This document shows positions 1-8,756 of a DNA stretch of 64,000 nt, piece after piece. The notes beneath the pieces are model-generated. The model was given only the letters and a program-made list of their open reading frames with translations. It searched no databases and was not told the DNA's origin. The translations under genes and the position numbers were made by a program. Numbering within the stretch: position 1 is the stretch's first letter; the number at the start of each line of letters is the position of its first letter. Origin of the DNA: Polyangiales bacterium. Lineage in GTDB: Bacteria; Myxococcota_A; Polyangia; Polyangiales; DASUME01. The stretch is taken from the NCBI GenBank assembly GCA_046598735.1, contig JBKJIA010000466.1:17292-81291 (forward strand), in the 5' to 3' direction.

Positions 1-966
1 GAAGGCTTCGTTGATGAACTGACTGGCGAGCACGGTATGGGCCGCATCGAGCGCGTCGGCCGTGGTCAGGTAGTTGTCTTCGCCCGTGTTGATGATGATG
101 CGCGAGCGCCCGATGATGCGTCGCGAAAAGTACTGGTCCACAAAGGTGCGACGCATGTTGATGTCGCGAAACAGAATCCCGTACATGGAATCGTTGAGCA
201 GCATGTCCAGGCGCTCGACCGCGGCCATCCACGCGATCTCGCTCATGCACAGGCCTGAGCTGTAGTTGGTGCCCATCACATAACGGCCCAGCTCTTCGCC
301 CGCTTGGTCGAGCGCTTGGCGAATGATGCGAAAGTTTTCTTGGGTCGCGTACGTGCCGCCATACCCTTCCGTGGTCGCGCCGTGCGGCACGTAATCGAGC
401 AAGCTTTGGGCTGTGGCGCGAATCACAGCCACCACATCGGCACCCGCGCGCGCTGCTGCTTTGGCCTGCACGGCGTCATCGTGAATGTTGCCCGTCGCGA
501 CGATCACGTACTTCCAGGGCGTGCCGCCCATCACGCGTTTGGCTTTGTTTTGTTCGCGTTCGTTGCGGGCGTCATCGATTCGCGCGATGCCGGCGCGCGT
601 CGCCTCCGTCAGCACGGCGGCAATGGCTTCGCGCGATTCCGAACCCTCAGGTGTGATCGGCGCGCGACCGTAGGCTAGTTGTTCTGCTGCTTCGAGCGCG
701 CTGCAACGCTTGCGTAACATCTCGCGACCGAGCACAAATGCGATGCCGCGATCAAGCAGGCCCGCGGCGTGCACACGATCGACAAGCTGATTGACCAAAG
801 GCGCGCCTTGATCGTCCACGCCCTCCACGCCCAGGGCGCGCGCGACCGTTCGCTCCACGCCCACCGTGGTATGCGCGTCGATGAAGCGCTGCACTTCCGA
901 CGCCACCTCCGCCGCTAGAAAGCGGCAGCGATTCACGACGCCCTGATCCAGCGCTACACGTCCCAT
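1..966 (-). CDS. kamD: Lysine 5,6-aminomutase alpha subunit (KamD-like); N-terminal 322 codons, gene continues past the left window edge
   Basis: Absent from the ORF track because there is no stop inside the window. My translation of the minus strand from the ATG at 966-964 stays open for 322 codons down to position 1: MGRVALDQGVVNRCRFLAAEVASEVQRFIDAHTTVGVERT ... IVATGNIHDD ... LLDYVPHGATTEGYGGTYATQENFR ... INTGEDNYLTTADALDAAHTVLASQFINEAF. These blocks match my memory of the B12/PLP-dependent lysine 5,6-aminomutase alpha family. Confidence 0.75.
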   Translation of the reverse strand, partial: MGRVALDQGVVNRCRFLAAEVASEVQRFIDAHTTVGVERTVARALGVEGVDDQGAPLVNQLVDRVHAAGLLDRGIAFVLGREMLRKRCSALEAAEQLAYGRAPITPEGSESREAIAAVLTEATRAGIARIDDARNEREQNKAKRVMGGTPWKYVIVATGNIHDDAVQAKAAARAGADVVAVIRATAQSLLDYVPHGATTEGYGGTYATQENFRIIRQALDQAGEELGRYVMGTNYSSGLCMSEIAWMAAVERLDMLLNDSMYGILFRDINMRRTFVDQYFSRRIIGRSRIIINTGEDNYLTTADALDAAHTVLASQFINEAF

Positions 967-1160
967 GCTCGTGCCTCCCGCGCCGCACCAGCGGCCAAAA
1001 GCCGACTATTTCCGGGCGTCTATAGAGACTAAGTGGCTTCGGGAAGCGCAGCAAGGGCGGGGGTGTGTGCCGCGTGAGCAAGAGCACTTTGTGGGCAAGA
1101 GACGGCCGCGCTTACGGCTGACGCGTTTTTTCCGGACAATCCCCGTGCTGCCATGTACGT

Positions 1161-1176
1161 TAGTGAGCACTCACTA
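1161..1176. promoter_or_regulatory. Putative TetR operator: inverted repeat TAGTGAG-CA-CTCACTA overlapping the tetR start codon
   Basis: Perfect 7-bp inverted arms with a 2-bp centre at 1161-1176. The last base is the A of the ATG at 1176. It lies in the divergent kamD/tetR intergenic region, and TetR-family regulators typically bind palindromes of this kind. Confidence 0.35.
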
Positions 1177-1826
1177 TGGATGAACCGGCCCACGAAAATG
1201 GCACGCGCGCGACGCGGCCGCCGCGACTGCCGGCAGCAGAGCGTCGTCAGCAAATCCTAGCGGTCGCCATTCGTGTGTTCGCGCGCTCGGGCTACGTCTC
1301 GGCCAGCACGGCGGAGATCGCGGCGCAGGCGGGCATCAGCGAGCCCACTATCTATCGTCACTTCGAGAACAAACAGGCGCTCTATCTGGCGGTGCTTGAG
1401 CAGACTACGACTGAGCTTATCGGAGCATGGCGTCAGATTGCGGAAGCCGCGCCCGATCCGTTGAGCGCGCTGTCGCGCATGTCGACCTGGTACCAGCAGC
1501 AACTGGAGGTCAGGCCGCAAATGCTCGAGCTGCGCTTTCGCTCGTTCGCTGCCACGGACGATCCGGTGATCGCGGAAGCCGTGCGCGATGGTTATCGCGA
1601 AGTCATCGAGCTCGTGCGTGGTCTGTTCGAGCAAGCGATCGAAAGCGGCAAGCTCCCGAAGACGCTCGATCCGTTGGTCCCGACGACTTTGTTTTTAGCG
1701 CTCGGTGCTTTGACCGATGTGGTCGATCACCTCGGCCTGCAAGACGACCTTGGCGGCAAGCGCTTTGCCAGCATGGGCACGGAGCTGGCGCGACTTTTTC
1801 AGCACCCCTTAACCACCAAGAAGTGA
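1176..1826 (+). CDS. TetR/AcrR family transcriptional regulator
   Basis: ORF track, 216 aa. The N-terminal HTH is RRQQILAVAIRVFARSGYVSASTAEIAAQAGISEPTIYRHFENKQALYLAVLE, a classic TetR_N signature. Confidence 0.9.
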   Translation: MDEPAHENGTRATRPPRLPAAERRQQILAVAIRVFARSGYVSASTAEIAAQAGISEPTIYRHFENKQALYLAVLEQTTTELIGAWRQIAEAAPDPLSALSRMSTWYQQQLEVRPQMLELRFRSFAATDDPVIAEAVRDGYREVIELVRGLFEQAIESGKLPKTLDPLVPTTLFLALGALTDVVDHLGLQDDLGGKRFASMGTELARLFQHPLTTKK

Positions 1827-1835
1827 GCAGACGTC

Positions 1836-3245
1836 ATGAGAGCCCACGAAGAAAACCCGTTCTTACAAGGCAACTTTAGTCCGGTCCATGACGAGCGCTC
1901 AGACCTGAGTCTCGAAGTCATCGGGACGCTGCCGCGCGAAATCGATGGCCTGTTTCTACGCAACGGACCGAACCCGCGTTTTTCGCCGCTCGGCACTTAC
2001 CATTGGTTCGACGGCGACGGCATGATGCACGCGGTACGCATCAAAGATGGTAAGGCCAGCTATAAGAATCGCTGGGTCCGTACGCGCGAATTTTTGATCG
2101 AAGAAAAAGAAGGCAAGGCAATCTGGAAGGGGTTGGAAGAGCCGCCCGACTTCTCGAACCCGCACGGCATGATGAAGAACCGGTCCAATACCTCGAGCGT
2201 GTTTCATGCCGGCAAGCTACTTTCGATCTGGGAAGGTGGACCACCCTACGAGCTCGACCCGGAGACGCTCGAAACCAAGGGTCGCTACAACTTCGAAGGC
2301 GTGCTCAAGGGCGCGTTTACCGCACATCCCAAGGTCTGCCCGGTCACGGGCGAGATGTTCTTCTTCGGCTACTCACCGCTGCCACCTTACCTTCGCTATT
2401 ACGTAGTTTCGCCCGAAGGCGAGCTCGAACAGTCCGAAACGATCGATGTGAAGTTGCCGGTGATGATGCACGACTTTGCCATCACCGAGCACTACGCGAT
2501 CTTCATGGACTTGCCCGCTGTGATGCGACCTGAGCGTTTGATGAAAGGTAAGTCCTTCATCAACTGGGAGCCGGACAAGGGCGCGCGTTTTGGCGTGATG
2601 CCGCGCTATGGCAAGGCGAGCGAAGTGCGCTGGTTCGAGGTGCCGCCGTTTTACATGTATCACACGGCCAATGCCTACGAAGAGGGCAGCGAAATCGTGC
2701 TCACGGGCGCGCGCATGCCGGGCACGTTCATGGTGGCGCAAAACACGGCGATCGACGCTAGCGAGCAAATCGACAGCGCCGAAGAAGGCGTCATGCATCG
2801 CTTTCGCATCAACCTAGAGACCGGCAAGACCACGGTGGAGAAGTTGGACGACGCGCCGATCGGCTTCGAGACCGTCAATGAAGCACGGCTTGGTCGCAAG
2901 GCTCGCTACAACTACGCGACCGTGATGCGCGACAACAAGGCGGTGGACGGTCCCGAGTTCATTGCGTTGCGCAAATACGATCTCGAGACGAACAGCTTCG
3001 AATCGCACGTGTTCGGGGACGGCGTGGTCGGAGGCGAGGGCGTATTCGTGCCGAAGCGCGGTGCAACCCAGGAAGATGAGGGTTGGGTGCTCGTGCTGAC
3101 CCATGACACGAAGACCGAGCAGTCGGAGCTGAGGGTGGTGGACGCACAGAAGTACGCGCAGGAGCCGGTCGCCCGGATCGTGATGAAACGCCGCGTTCCT
3201 CACGGGTTCCACGCACGTTTCGTTCCAGGCAGTCAACTTGGTTGA
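1836..3245 (+). CDS. Carotenoid/apocarotenoid cleavage oxygenase (RPE65/CCD family)
   Basis: 469 aa. It contains NPFLQGNFSPV..E, LPREIDGLFLRNGPNP, HWFDGDGMMH and conserved His positions (FTAHPK, MMHDFAITE, HTANAYE, HGFHA) typical of the carotenoid oxygenase family. It starts 10 bp downstream of tetR. Confidence 0.9.
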   Translation: MRAHEENPFLQGNFSPVHDERSDLSLEVIGTLPREIDGLFLRNGPNPRFSPLGTYHWFDGDGMMHAVRIKDGKASYKNRWVRTREFLIEEKEGKAIWKGLEEPPDFSNPHGMMKNRSNTSSVFHAGKLLSIWEGGPPYELDPETLETKGRYNFEGVLKGAFTAHPKVCPVTGEMFFFGYSPLPPYLRYYVVSPEGELEQSETIDVKLPVMMHDFAITEHYAIFMDLPAVMRPERLMKGKSFINWEPDKGARFGVMPRYGKASEVRWFEVPPFYMYHTANAYEEGSEIVLTGARMPGTFMVAQNTAIDASEQIDSAEEGVMHRFRINLETGKTTVEKLDDAPIGFETVNEARLGRKARYNYATVMRDNKAVDGPEFIALRKYDLETNSFESHVFGDGVVGGEGVFVPKRGATQEDEGWVLVLTHDTKTEQSELRVVDAQKYAQEPVARIVMKRRVPHGFHARFVPGSQLG

Positions 3246-3348
3246 CGAGTAAACGCGCAGCGCTGCCCACGCGAGCTTACATGTGAGCAGCTCTGCCTTC
3301 GCGTGTCCCCTATCGACGCGCCATCCGCTTGGCCGTTAGGATCAGGGT

Positions 3349-4149
3349 GTGAACAGCTCCAAGCTATCTGTCGCGACTACCGCGCTGGACGCAGGCACCT
3401 TGGTGCGCGTCGAGGGTACAATCGACGAGTCCACGGAAATTCAGACGCTTTTGCCCGCGGGGGCCGAGGTCGTCATCTATGATCTCGACGGCGTCAAGCG
3501 CATCACCTCGTACGGCGTATTGCAGTGGGTAAAGGCACTAAAGGAACTGCGCGCCCGTTACTACGGTTTCATGCGCTGCCGGCCATGCATCGTGCGTCAG
3601 TTCAACATGGTGGCGGGCTTCGGCAAGCAGGGCGAAGTGCTGAGTGTCTACCTCCCTTACTTTTGCGAGGGTTGCGACGCTGAGTTCGAGAACCTGCTGG
3701 ACCTGCGTGCGGACTTCGTGATCGCACAAACTGCATCGCCGCCTGAGGTCCGCTGCCCCACGTGCAGCGCCGTGGCCGAGTTCGATGACGTGCCCAAGAG
3801 CTTCTTGGCGTTTTCATCGGACTATCCCAAGCCCCATCCACCGGAGCTTGCGGTGCGCCTGATCTCAGAGGCGTTGCGCACGGCAGCGCCGCGCATGCGC
3901 AGCCTCAGCCCACCGATGCGCTCCTCCCTCCCTTCGCCAGCCATTCCGGTCCCGATCAGCACGCGCAACATCGCCACGTTCACGAACCCAGACTCGCGCA
4001 GCCTCAGCTTGCCGCCGTCCGCCACCACCATGAAAAGTCACGGAGGCAGCCCGGAGAGTGTCGATCGGTTGCGCAAGCTTCAAGACGATTTGGATGTGAC
4101 GCGCGACAGATTGAACAAGATGATTAAGGACCGTAAGTCGAAAACATGA
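3349..4149 (+). CDS. Hypothetical protein: STAS-like (anti-sigma-antagonist-like) N-domain plus CxxC...CxxC zinc-ribbon and a Ser/Pro-rich tail
   Basis: 266 aa with a GTG start. TLVRVEGTIDESTEIQTLLPAGAEVVIYDLDGVKRITSYGVLQWVKALKEL resembles a STAS fold. FCEGCDAEF...VRCPTCSAV gives four Cys. Its stop overlaps the next gene start (ATGA at 4146-4149). Confidence 0.5.
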   Translation: MNSSKLSVATTALDAGTLVRVEGTIDESTEIQTLLPAGAEVVIYDLDGVKRITSYGVLQWVKALKELRARYYGFMRCRPCIVRQFNMVAGFGKQGEVLSVYLPYFCEGCDAEFENLLDLRADFVIAQTASPPEVRCPTCSAVAEFDDVPKSFLAFSSDYPKPHPPELAVRLISEALRTAAPRMRSLSPPMRSSLPSPAIPVPISTRNIATFTNPDSRSLSLPPSATTMKSHGGSPESVDRLRKLQDDLDVTRDRLNKMIKDRKSKT

Positions 4150-5150
4150 GCATGTCGGCGGGTAGAAACAACGCACCGACCCGGCCCCGCGGCTTTTCGG
4201 ACGCCGCAGCGGGACGCGCGTTGCTCATGGAACGGGATCCAGCGTGCGCACGGGATATCGCGCGTGTATTGCGCACGGTGGTGGGAACCACGGACGTGCG
4301 GGACAACTTCAGCGCGATCGAGTGGCAAGGTAAGTGGGACGTTGCGGTCATCAACTACGATCAGCTTTCTCAGAGCGAGAAAGATCGCGTGTTTACGCGT
4401 TTCAGCGAGCTGAATGCCTCAGGGGGCCTCTTACTGTTTGCAGCGCAGACCGAGCGTGAAGAGCTCGTGACCCTGTTCGGTCGCCATAAGGCGCGCAAGC
4501 TGCTCGCTCGCAACGGTCCGGTACATGCCGAAGACCTACTCGTGACCGTGCAAAAAACCCTCCGCAAGGACATCTTCGGTTTGGATAAGTACTTGGGCTG
4601 GGGCGCCCATGCCCGCCGCCTTAGTGTCACGAGCTCGAGCGACAAAGAACACGTGCTCGCGGGTTGCCAAAGCTTGGCCGATGCCATTGGCTTGAGTGCT
4701 CGTAAGACCGAGCTGCTCCTTACCGTTGCCGATGAGCTCACCACCAACGCCTTGTACGACGCGCCGGTAGACGCCTTGTCTCGCGCGCGCCATGCCGGGC
4801 TACCGCGCAGCGAACGCGTGGAGCTTGCCCCGACCGAAGAGATTGCCGTGACCTTTGCCAGCGACGGAAGACGCATCGGCATCTCGGTCGAAGACCCGTT
4901 TGGATCTCTCAGGCCCGAAACAGTGGTGGACTACCTCGCCAAATGCTTTCGCCGCGGCACCGACCAGATCGATCGCAAGGAAGGCGGCGCTGGGCTTGGT
5001 CTGTTTTACGCGTTCAACTCACTCTCGCACTTCGTGGCCAACATCGAGCCACGCAAACGCACCGAGCTTATCGGACTCATCGAGATCGCGGGCAGCTTTC
5101 GTGAGTTCGAGCAACGCGCCAAGAGCTTCAACGTCTTCGTCGAAGAGTAA
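4146..5150 (+). CDS. RsbW/SpoIIAB-like HATPase_c protein (putative anti-sigma serine kinase) with an N-terminal receiver-like domain
   Basis: 334 aa. The C-terminal half has ELLLTVADELTTNALYDAP (N-box-like) and KEGGAGLGLF (G-box-like). The N-terminal ~120 aa looks like a degenerate receiver (WDVAVINYDQL, with the acceptor position apparently Asn). It is translationally coupled to the STAS-like gene. Confidence 0.5.
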   Translation: MSMSAGRNNAPTRPRGFSDAAAGRALLMERDPACARDIARVLRTVVGTTDVRDNFSAIEWQGKWDVAVINYDQLSQSEKDRVFTRFSELNASGGLLLFAAQTEREELVTLFGRHKARKLLARNGPVHAEDLLVTVQKTLRKDIFGLDKYLGWGAHARRLSVTSSSDKEHVLAGCQSLADAIGLSARKTELLLTVADELTTNALYDAPVDALSRARHAGLPRSERVELAPTEEIAVTFASDGRRIGISVEDPFGSLRPETVVDYLAKCFRRGTDQIDRKEGGAGLGLFYAFNSLSHFVANIEPRKRTELIGLIEIAGSFREFEQRAKSFNVFVEE

Positions 5151-5158
5151 GGGCTGCC

Positions 5159-6460
5159 CTACCGAGACCAGCGGATGGTTTCTGCGCCACCGCTGATGAT
5201 GCGGATCTGATTGAGCCCCTGAGGGTTCGAAATGTACACGCCGCCGCGCGATGAAGAGAACGCGACCATGCGGCAATCAGGCGAAAAAGCCGGGTCCTTG
5301 TTGATGCCTTGGCCCTGCGTGATGCGTGTGTAGGCGCCGGTCTTCAGATTGAGCGTGAAGACGTCGAGTCCGCCATCGCGACCGGTAAAGGCGAGCAACT
5401 GCTGCTTGGGATCCGGGCACCAGGCGGGCGTCTGATTGTAATCGCCTTTGTACGTGACGCGCTTGGCGCCGCCGCCATTGGCATCCATGACCCAGATCTG
5501 CGGCGAGCCGTGACGATTGGACACGAAGGCGATCTGCCCGCCGGGCCCACACGCGGGGCTGACATCGATGCCTGGATCGTTGGTCAAGCGGCGCACGTCG
5601 CTGCCATCGGTGTTCGCGCTGTAGATCTCGGAGTTGCCATCCCGAGTCGACACGAAAACCATACGGTTGCCGCAGGCCGATACGCCCATGTTGAGACCGT
5701 TGCCGCGAATCAGTGGCTTGTCGCCGCTGCCTGCCCGCGTGATGAACATGCCGTCTGGGCTGAGCACCGAGTACCAAATGCCGCCGGGGCCAAACGCGGG
5801 CAACATCGAGACGCCTCGCCCGCCCGAAATACGACCGACATTAGCCCCGTCGAAGTCCGCTACGAAGACATCTTTCTTACCGGGGCCCTCGCGACGCGCG
5901 AAGGTAAGGCGCGTGCCGAACGCGGCGGCCGTGCCCGTCAAGACGCGCACCACCTCGTTGGCAAAGTCGTGCATGAACGTGCGCAGATCGCTGGCCGTAC
6001 CTTGATACGTGCGCTTGAGGGTGGCGTCTTTGCCGCGCGCAAGCTCGAACAAGTGCATGGTGACGGAGATCTTGCCACCCGTTTGCTTGACGTCGCCTTT
6101 GATCACGCCCTGGGCGCCCACGCTCTGCCAGGATGGCGCGTTGACCGTAAGGCCCTCGGCCTGCAGGTCGGCGACAAATGACGCGGGGTCGAGCACCTTG
6201 AACAACGAGATCAACGCGAAGTCGTTGCGCAAGATACCCGCGCCTTGCACGGACGAACTACCCTGCAAATCAGGCACGGCGATGCGATAGAGCGCTTGCT
6301 CGGGCGCGCTGACATCGATCACGGGCGCCGTGGGCAGGGGCGCCTCCGCGGCCGGTGTGTCTTGACCTCTTACAGTTTGCAGCGGAGCAAACCACAGTGC
6401 GACACAGCACACAGTAAGGGACAGCGTAATCAGGGCTTTCATCTTCATCCTATTCACCAA
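5159..6460 (-). CDS. tolB: Tol-Pal system beta-propeller protein TolB
   Basis: 433 aa with a signal peptide, a TolB_N-like region and repeated propeller blades (FSPD, SRDGNSEIY, SNRHGSPQIWVM, PAFSPDCRMVAF). It is the last gene of a tolQRA-like operon. Confidence 0.85.
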   Translation of the reverse strand: MVNRMKMKALITLSLTVCCVALWFAPLQTVRGQDTPAAEAPLPTAPVIDVSAPEQALYRIAVPDLQGSSSVQGAGILRNDFALISLFKVLDPASFVADLQAEGLTVNAPSWQSVGAQGVIKGDVKQTGGKISVTMHLFELARGKDATLKRTYQGTASDLRTFMHDFANEVVRVLTGTAAAFGTRLTFARREGPGKKDVFVADFDGANVGRISGGRGVSMLPAFGPGGIWYSVLSPDGMFITRAGSGDKPLIRGNGLNMGVSACGNRMVFVSTRDGNSEIYSANTDGSDVRRLTNDPGIDVSPACGPGGQIAFVSNRHGSPQIWVMDANGGGAKRVTYKGDYNQTPAWCPDPKQQLLAFTGRDGGLDVFTLNLKTGAYTRITQGQGINKDPAFSPDCRMVAFSSSRGGVYISNPQGLNQIRIISGGAETIRWSR

Positions 6461-6519
6461 CGGATCGAAGTAAGGGGAACATTCCGGGTAGCAGCGAGGC
6501 AGCGCGACGCACCAGGAGC

Positions 6520-7314
6520 TCAGCGCGCATCGGAGCCGCGAAAGCGCACTGGCAGCGTGCTGTTATAGAACGCATCACGCAATTCGGCGGGTGGCTCGGG
6601 AATACTGGCGTTGGCTGCGATCAGCTCCTGCACGCGATCGAGCACGCTCTGATCGAATAGCGGATCGCCACTCGATTGCTGGATCTCCACGGACTTGATC
6701 CGGCCATCGTTCAAAACTTCCACGGCTGCGATCGCCGATAGGCCTTGGACGCTCTGCACGACGTTCGGCACGGTCCAACCGCGGCGAAAGAACAACGTAA
6801 GCTGGCCGAGGTAAATGTTGCCCGCCTGCGCCGTGGTCGCCGTACCTTCAGCGATGCCCTGCGGGTCGCCTTCCTGTTCGTCGGGCACGTCCTCCGCGAA
6901 CTCTTTGGTGCGATCGACCAGGTTGTCGAGCATGGAGTCTTGGGCTTCGGCCGGGCGATCTTTTTTGTCTTTGGGTTTGGGCTCGGTCTCCTGAGCGTCT
7001 TTAGAAACCACCACACCGTCAGGGGTGCGCTTGACGATCGGAGGCACCTTACGGTTTGGCAGTTTCGTGGGGTCGAAGGGCTTACCCAAACGCACGAACT
7101 CGGCGGCGATAGTGTTGGGCGGCAACTTCACGAGCTTGCGATCTCCGACCGGGATCGCCAGGCCCAAAAAGATCAGCAGCCATTGCGAAATCATCATCGC
7201 GAGGGGCACGAACACGTGTGCCGTGATCACGGCGGCGCCGCCCGCAGCCAACATCCCGGGCGAAACGGGCTGACGCGTGAGCAGAGACGGCGGACGCTCC
7301 TCGCTGACCACCAC
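6520..7314 (-). CDS. TolA/TonB-family energy-transducer protein (TonB_C-like C-terminus)
   Basis: 264 aa with an N-terminal TM, a Pro/Lys/Glu-rich linker (KPKDKKDRPAEAQD) and a C-terminal domain (GWTVPN...AVEVLNDGRIKSVEIQQSSGDPLFDQSV). Its position between tolR and tolB and its 1-nt overlap with tolR support the call. Confidence 0.7.
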   Translation of the reverse strand: MVVSEERPPSLLTRQPVSPGMLAAGGAAVITAHVFVPLAMMISQWLLIFLGLAIPVGDRKLVKLPPNTIAAEFVRLGKPFDPTKLPNRKVPPIVKRTPDGVVVSKDAQETEPKPKDKKDRPAEAQDSMLDNLVDRTKEFAEDVPDEQEGDPQGIAEGTATTAQAGNIYLGQLTLFFRRGWTVPNVVQSVQGLSAIAAVEVLNDGRIKSVEIQQSSGDPLFDQSVLDRVQELIAANASIPEPPAELRDAFYNSTLPVRFRGSDAR

Positions 7315-7724
7315 TACTCCGATGCCAAGGGGTCAGTGACGAGCCCGAGCTTTTGGATGCCTGCCTTGCGCACGATGGCCAGGATCTTGACTACGAAACC
7401 GTAAGGTACGGTCTCGTCGGCTTGGACGTAGAGCTCCTTTTCGCGCTTCATGCGGTCGTTCGACAGTAAGGTTGCCTCGAGCTTGTCAAAGGCGACCTCG
7501 TCACGGCCCAGATACACCTTCTGGTCCTTGGACACCGTCAACAGCAGCTTTTCCTCGTTGAGCTCCACGCGCGGCGCTTGCGCGGCCGGCAAATCTACCT
7601 CGACGCCTGTATTCATCATCGGTGCGCTCACCATGAAGATGATGAGCAACACCAACATCACGTCGACCAGCGGCGTGACGTTGATCTCTCCGATGGGTCC
7701 TTTGCCGCCACTACTGAACGCCAT
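7314..7724 (-). CDS. tolR: Biopolymer transporter ExbD/TolR
   Basis: 136 aa. INVTPLVDVMLVLLIIFMV is the ExbD/TolR signature TM. The operon context is consistent. Confidence 0.9.
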   Translation of the reverse strand: MAFSSGGKGPIGEINVTPLVDVMLVLLIIFMVSAPMMNTGVEVDLPAAQAPRVELNEEKLLLTVSKDQKVYLGRDEVAFDKLEATLLSNDRMKREKELYVQADETVPYGFVVKILAIVRKAGIQKLGLVTDPLASE

Positions 7725-7754
7725 GCTCTGCTTGCCTCGCTGCTGGGACCTGAG

Positions 7755-8576
7755 TCAGTTGACGAGGAAGTGACGACGCACGATGTTGAGGTAGTCGCTC
7801 ATGAAAGCGTCCATCTCGGTCTGCAGCACGTGGATGCGCCGGATGAAATAGTTGTACGCCATGACGGCGGGAATGGCGGCCACGAGGCCGACGGCGGTCG
7901 CGATCAACGCTTCTGCGATGCCGGGCGCCACCACATCAAGGCTTGCGCTCTTTTGCCCGCCGATTTGAATGAACGAATTCATGATGCCCCAGACCGTGCC
8001 GAACAGTCCGACGAAGGGCGCCGTGGAACCGGTGGTCGCTAGAAACGGAATCATGTTTTCCATGATCGTGACCTCGTTCATCGAAGCGCGACGCAACGCA
8101 CGCTCGACGTTGGTGAGCTCGCCGGCACCGGCCGCGCGTCCGCCTGCGGCACCGAGCACGCGCGCAAGCTCCACATAACCTGCGTGAAAAACCTTGGCGA
8201 GCGGCGAGGTGTTGACACTCGCCAGCTGTCCGTAGACGGCTTCCAGACGCTGCGCAGTCCACTGTGCTTGACCCGCGCTCTGGCCCGATTCCCAGAAAAT
8301 ATCGAGGAATTTGTTGCTCTGTCGGGTCGCGCGCTCCAAGCGAAACAGCTTCGCGCCGATGATGAACCAGCAGATCAGCGACATCATCACGAGCACCACG
8401 AGCACCAGCTTCACGGTGGGCGATGCTCCGAGCACCAGCTGCCAAGGGTCGAGCTGACCGCCTTTTCCGGCGGCGGAGGCGCCTGCATTGAGCCCGACTA
8501 AGTTCACAAAGATCAGTGTGTCCATGCCGTTTTTCTGCGCTGATGTTCGGGGGGATCCCGGACCCGTTCCGTTCAA
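7755..8576 (-). CDS. tolQ: MotA/TolQ/ExbB proton-channel protein
   Basis: 273 aa. LATTGSTAPFVGLFGTVWGIMNSF and IAEALIATAVGLVAAIPAVMAYN are the conserved TolQ/ExbB helices. The true start may be the internal Met near 8525. Confidence 0.9.
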   Translation of the reverse strand: MNGTGPGSPRTSAQKNGMDTLIFVNLVGLNAGASAAGKGGQLDPWQLVLGASPTVKLVLVVLVMMSLICWFIIGAKLFRLERATRQSNKFLDIFWESGQSAGQAQWTAQRLEAVYGQLASVNTSPLAKVFHAGYVELARVLGAAGGRAAGAGELTNVERALRRASMNEVTIMENMIPFLATTGSTAPFVGLFGTVWGIMNSFIQIGGQKSASLDVVAPGIAEALIATAVGLVAAIPAVMAYNYFIRRIHVLQTEMDAFMSDYLNIVRRHFLVN

Positions 8577-8756
8577 CCACGACCCTGCCGGGGTGTCAAC
8601 GAAAGCGCGGGCACGCTTATTTCCGTGTGCTGCGCGTTCAGCCCCCTCAGGCTATGACGGTCTGCCTTCTTCTTGACGGGGCGGACTATCGACGCGACAA
8701 CGTCAGTGGCCCTCGTCGGGCGGAGTGCCACCATCGTGGAAGCCGGAGAAGGAATC

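Noticed and set aside
8609-8624. A sigma-54-like element, GGGCACGCTTATTTCC, upstream of the PEGA gene and near two sigma-54 activator genes.
   Set aside because: The -24 GG is present, but the -12 position reads TC rather than GC and the TTGC consensus is missing. A single weak match is not sufficient.
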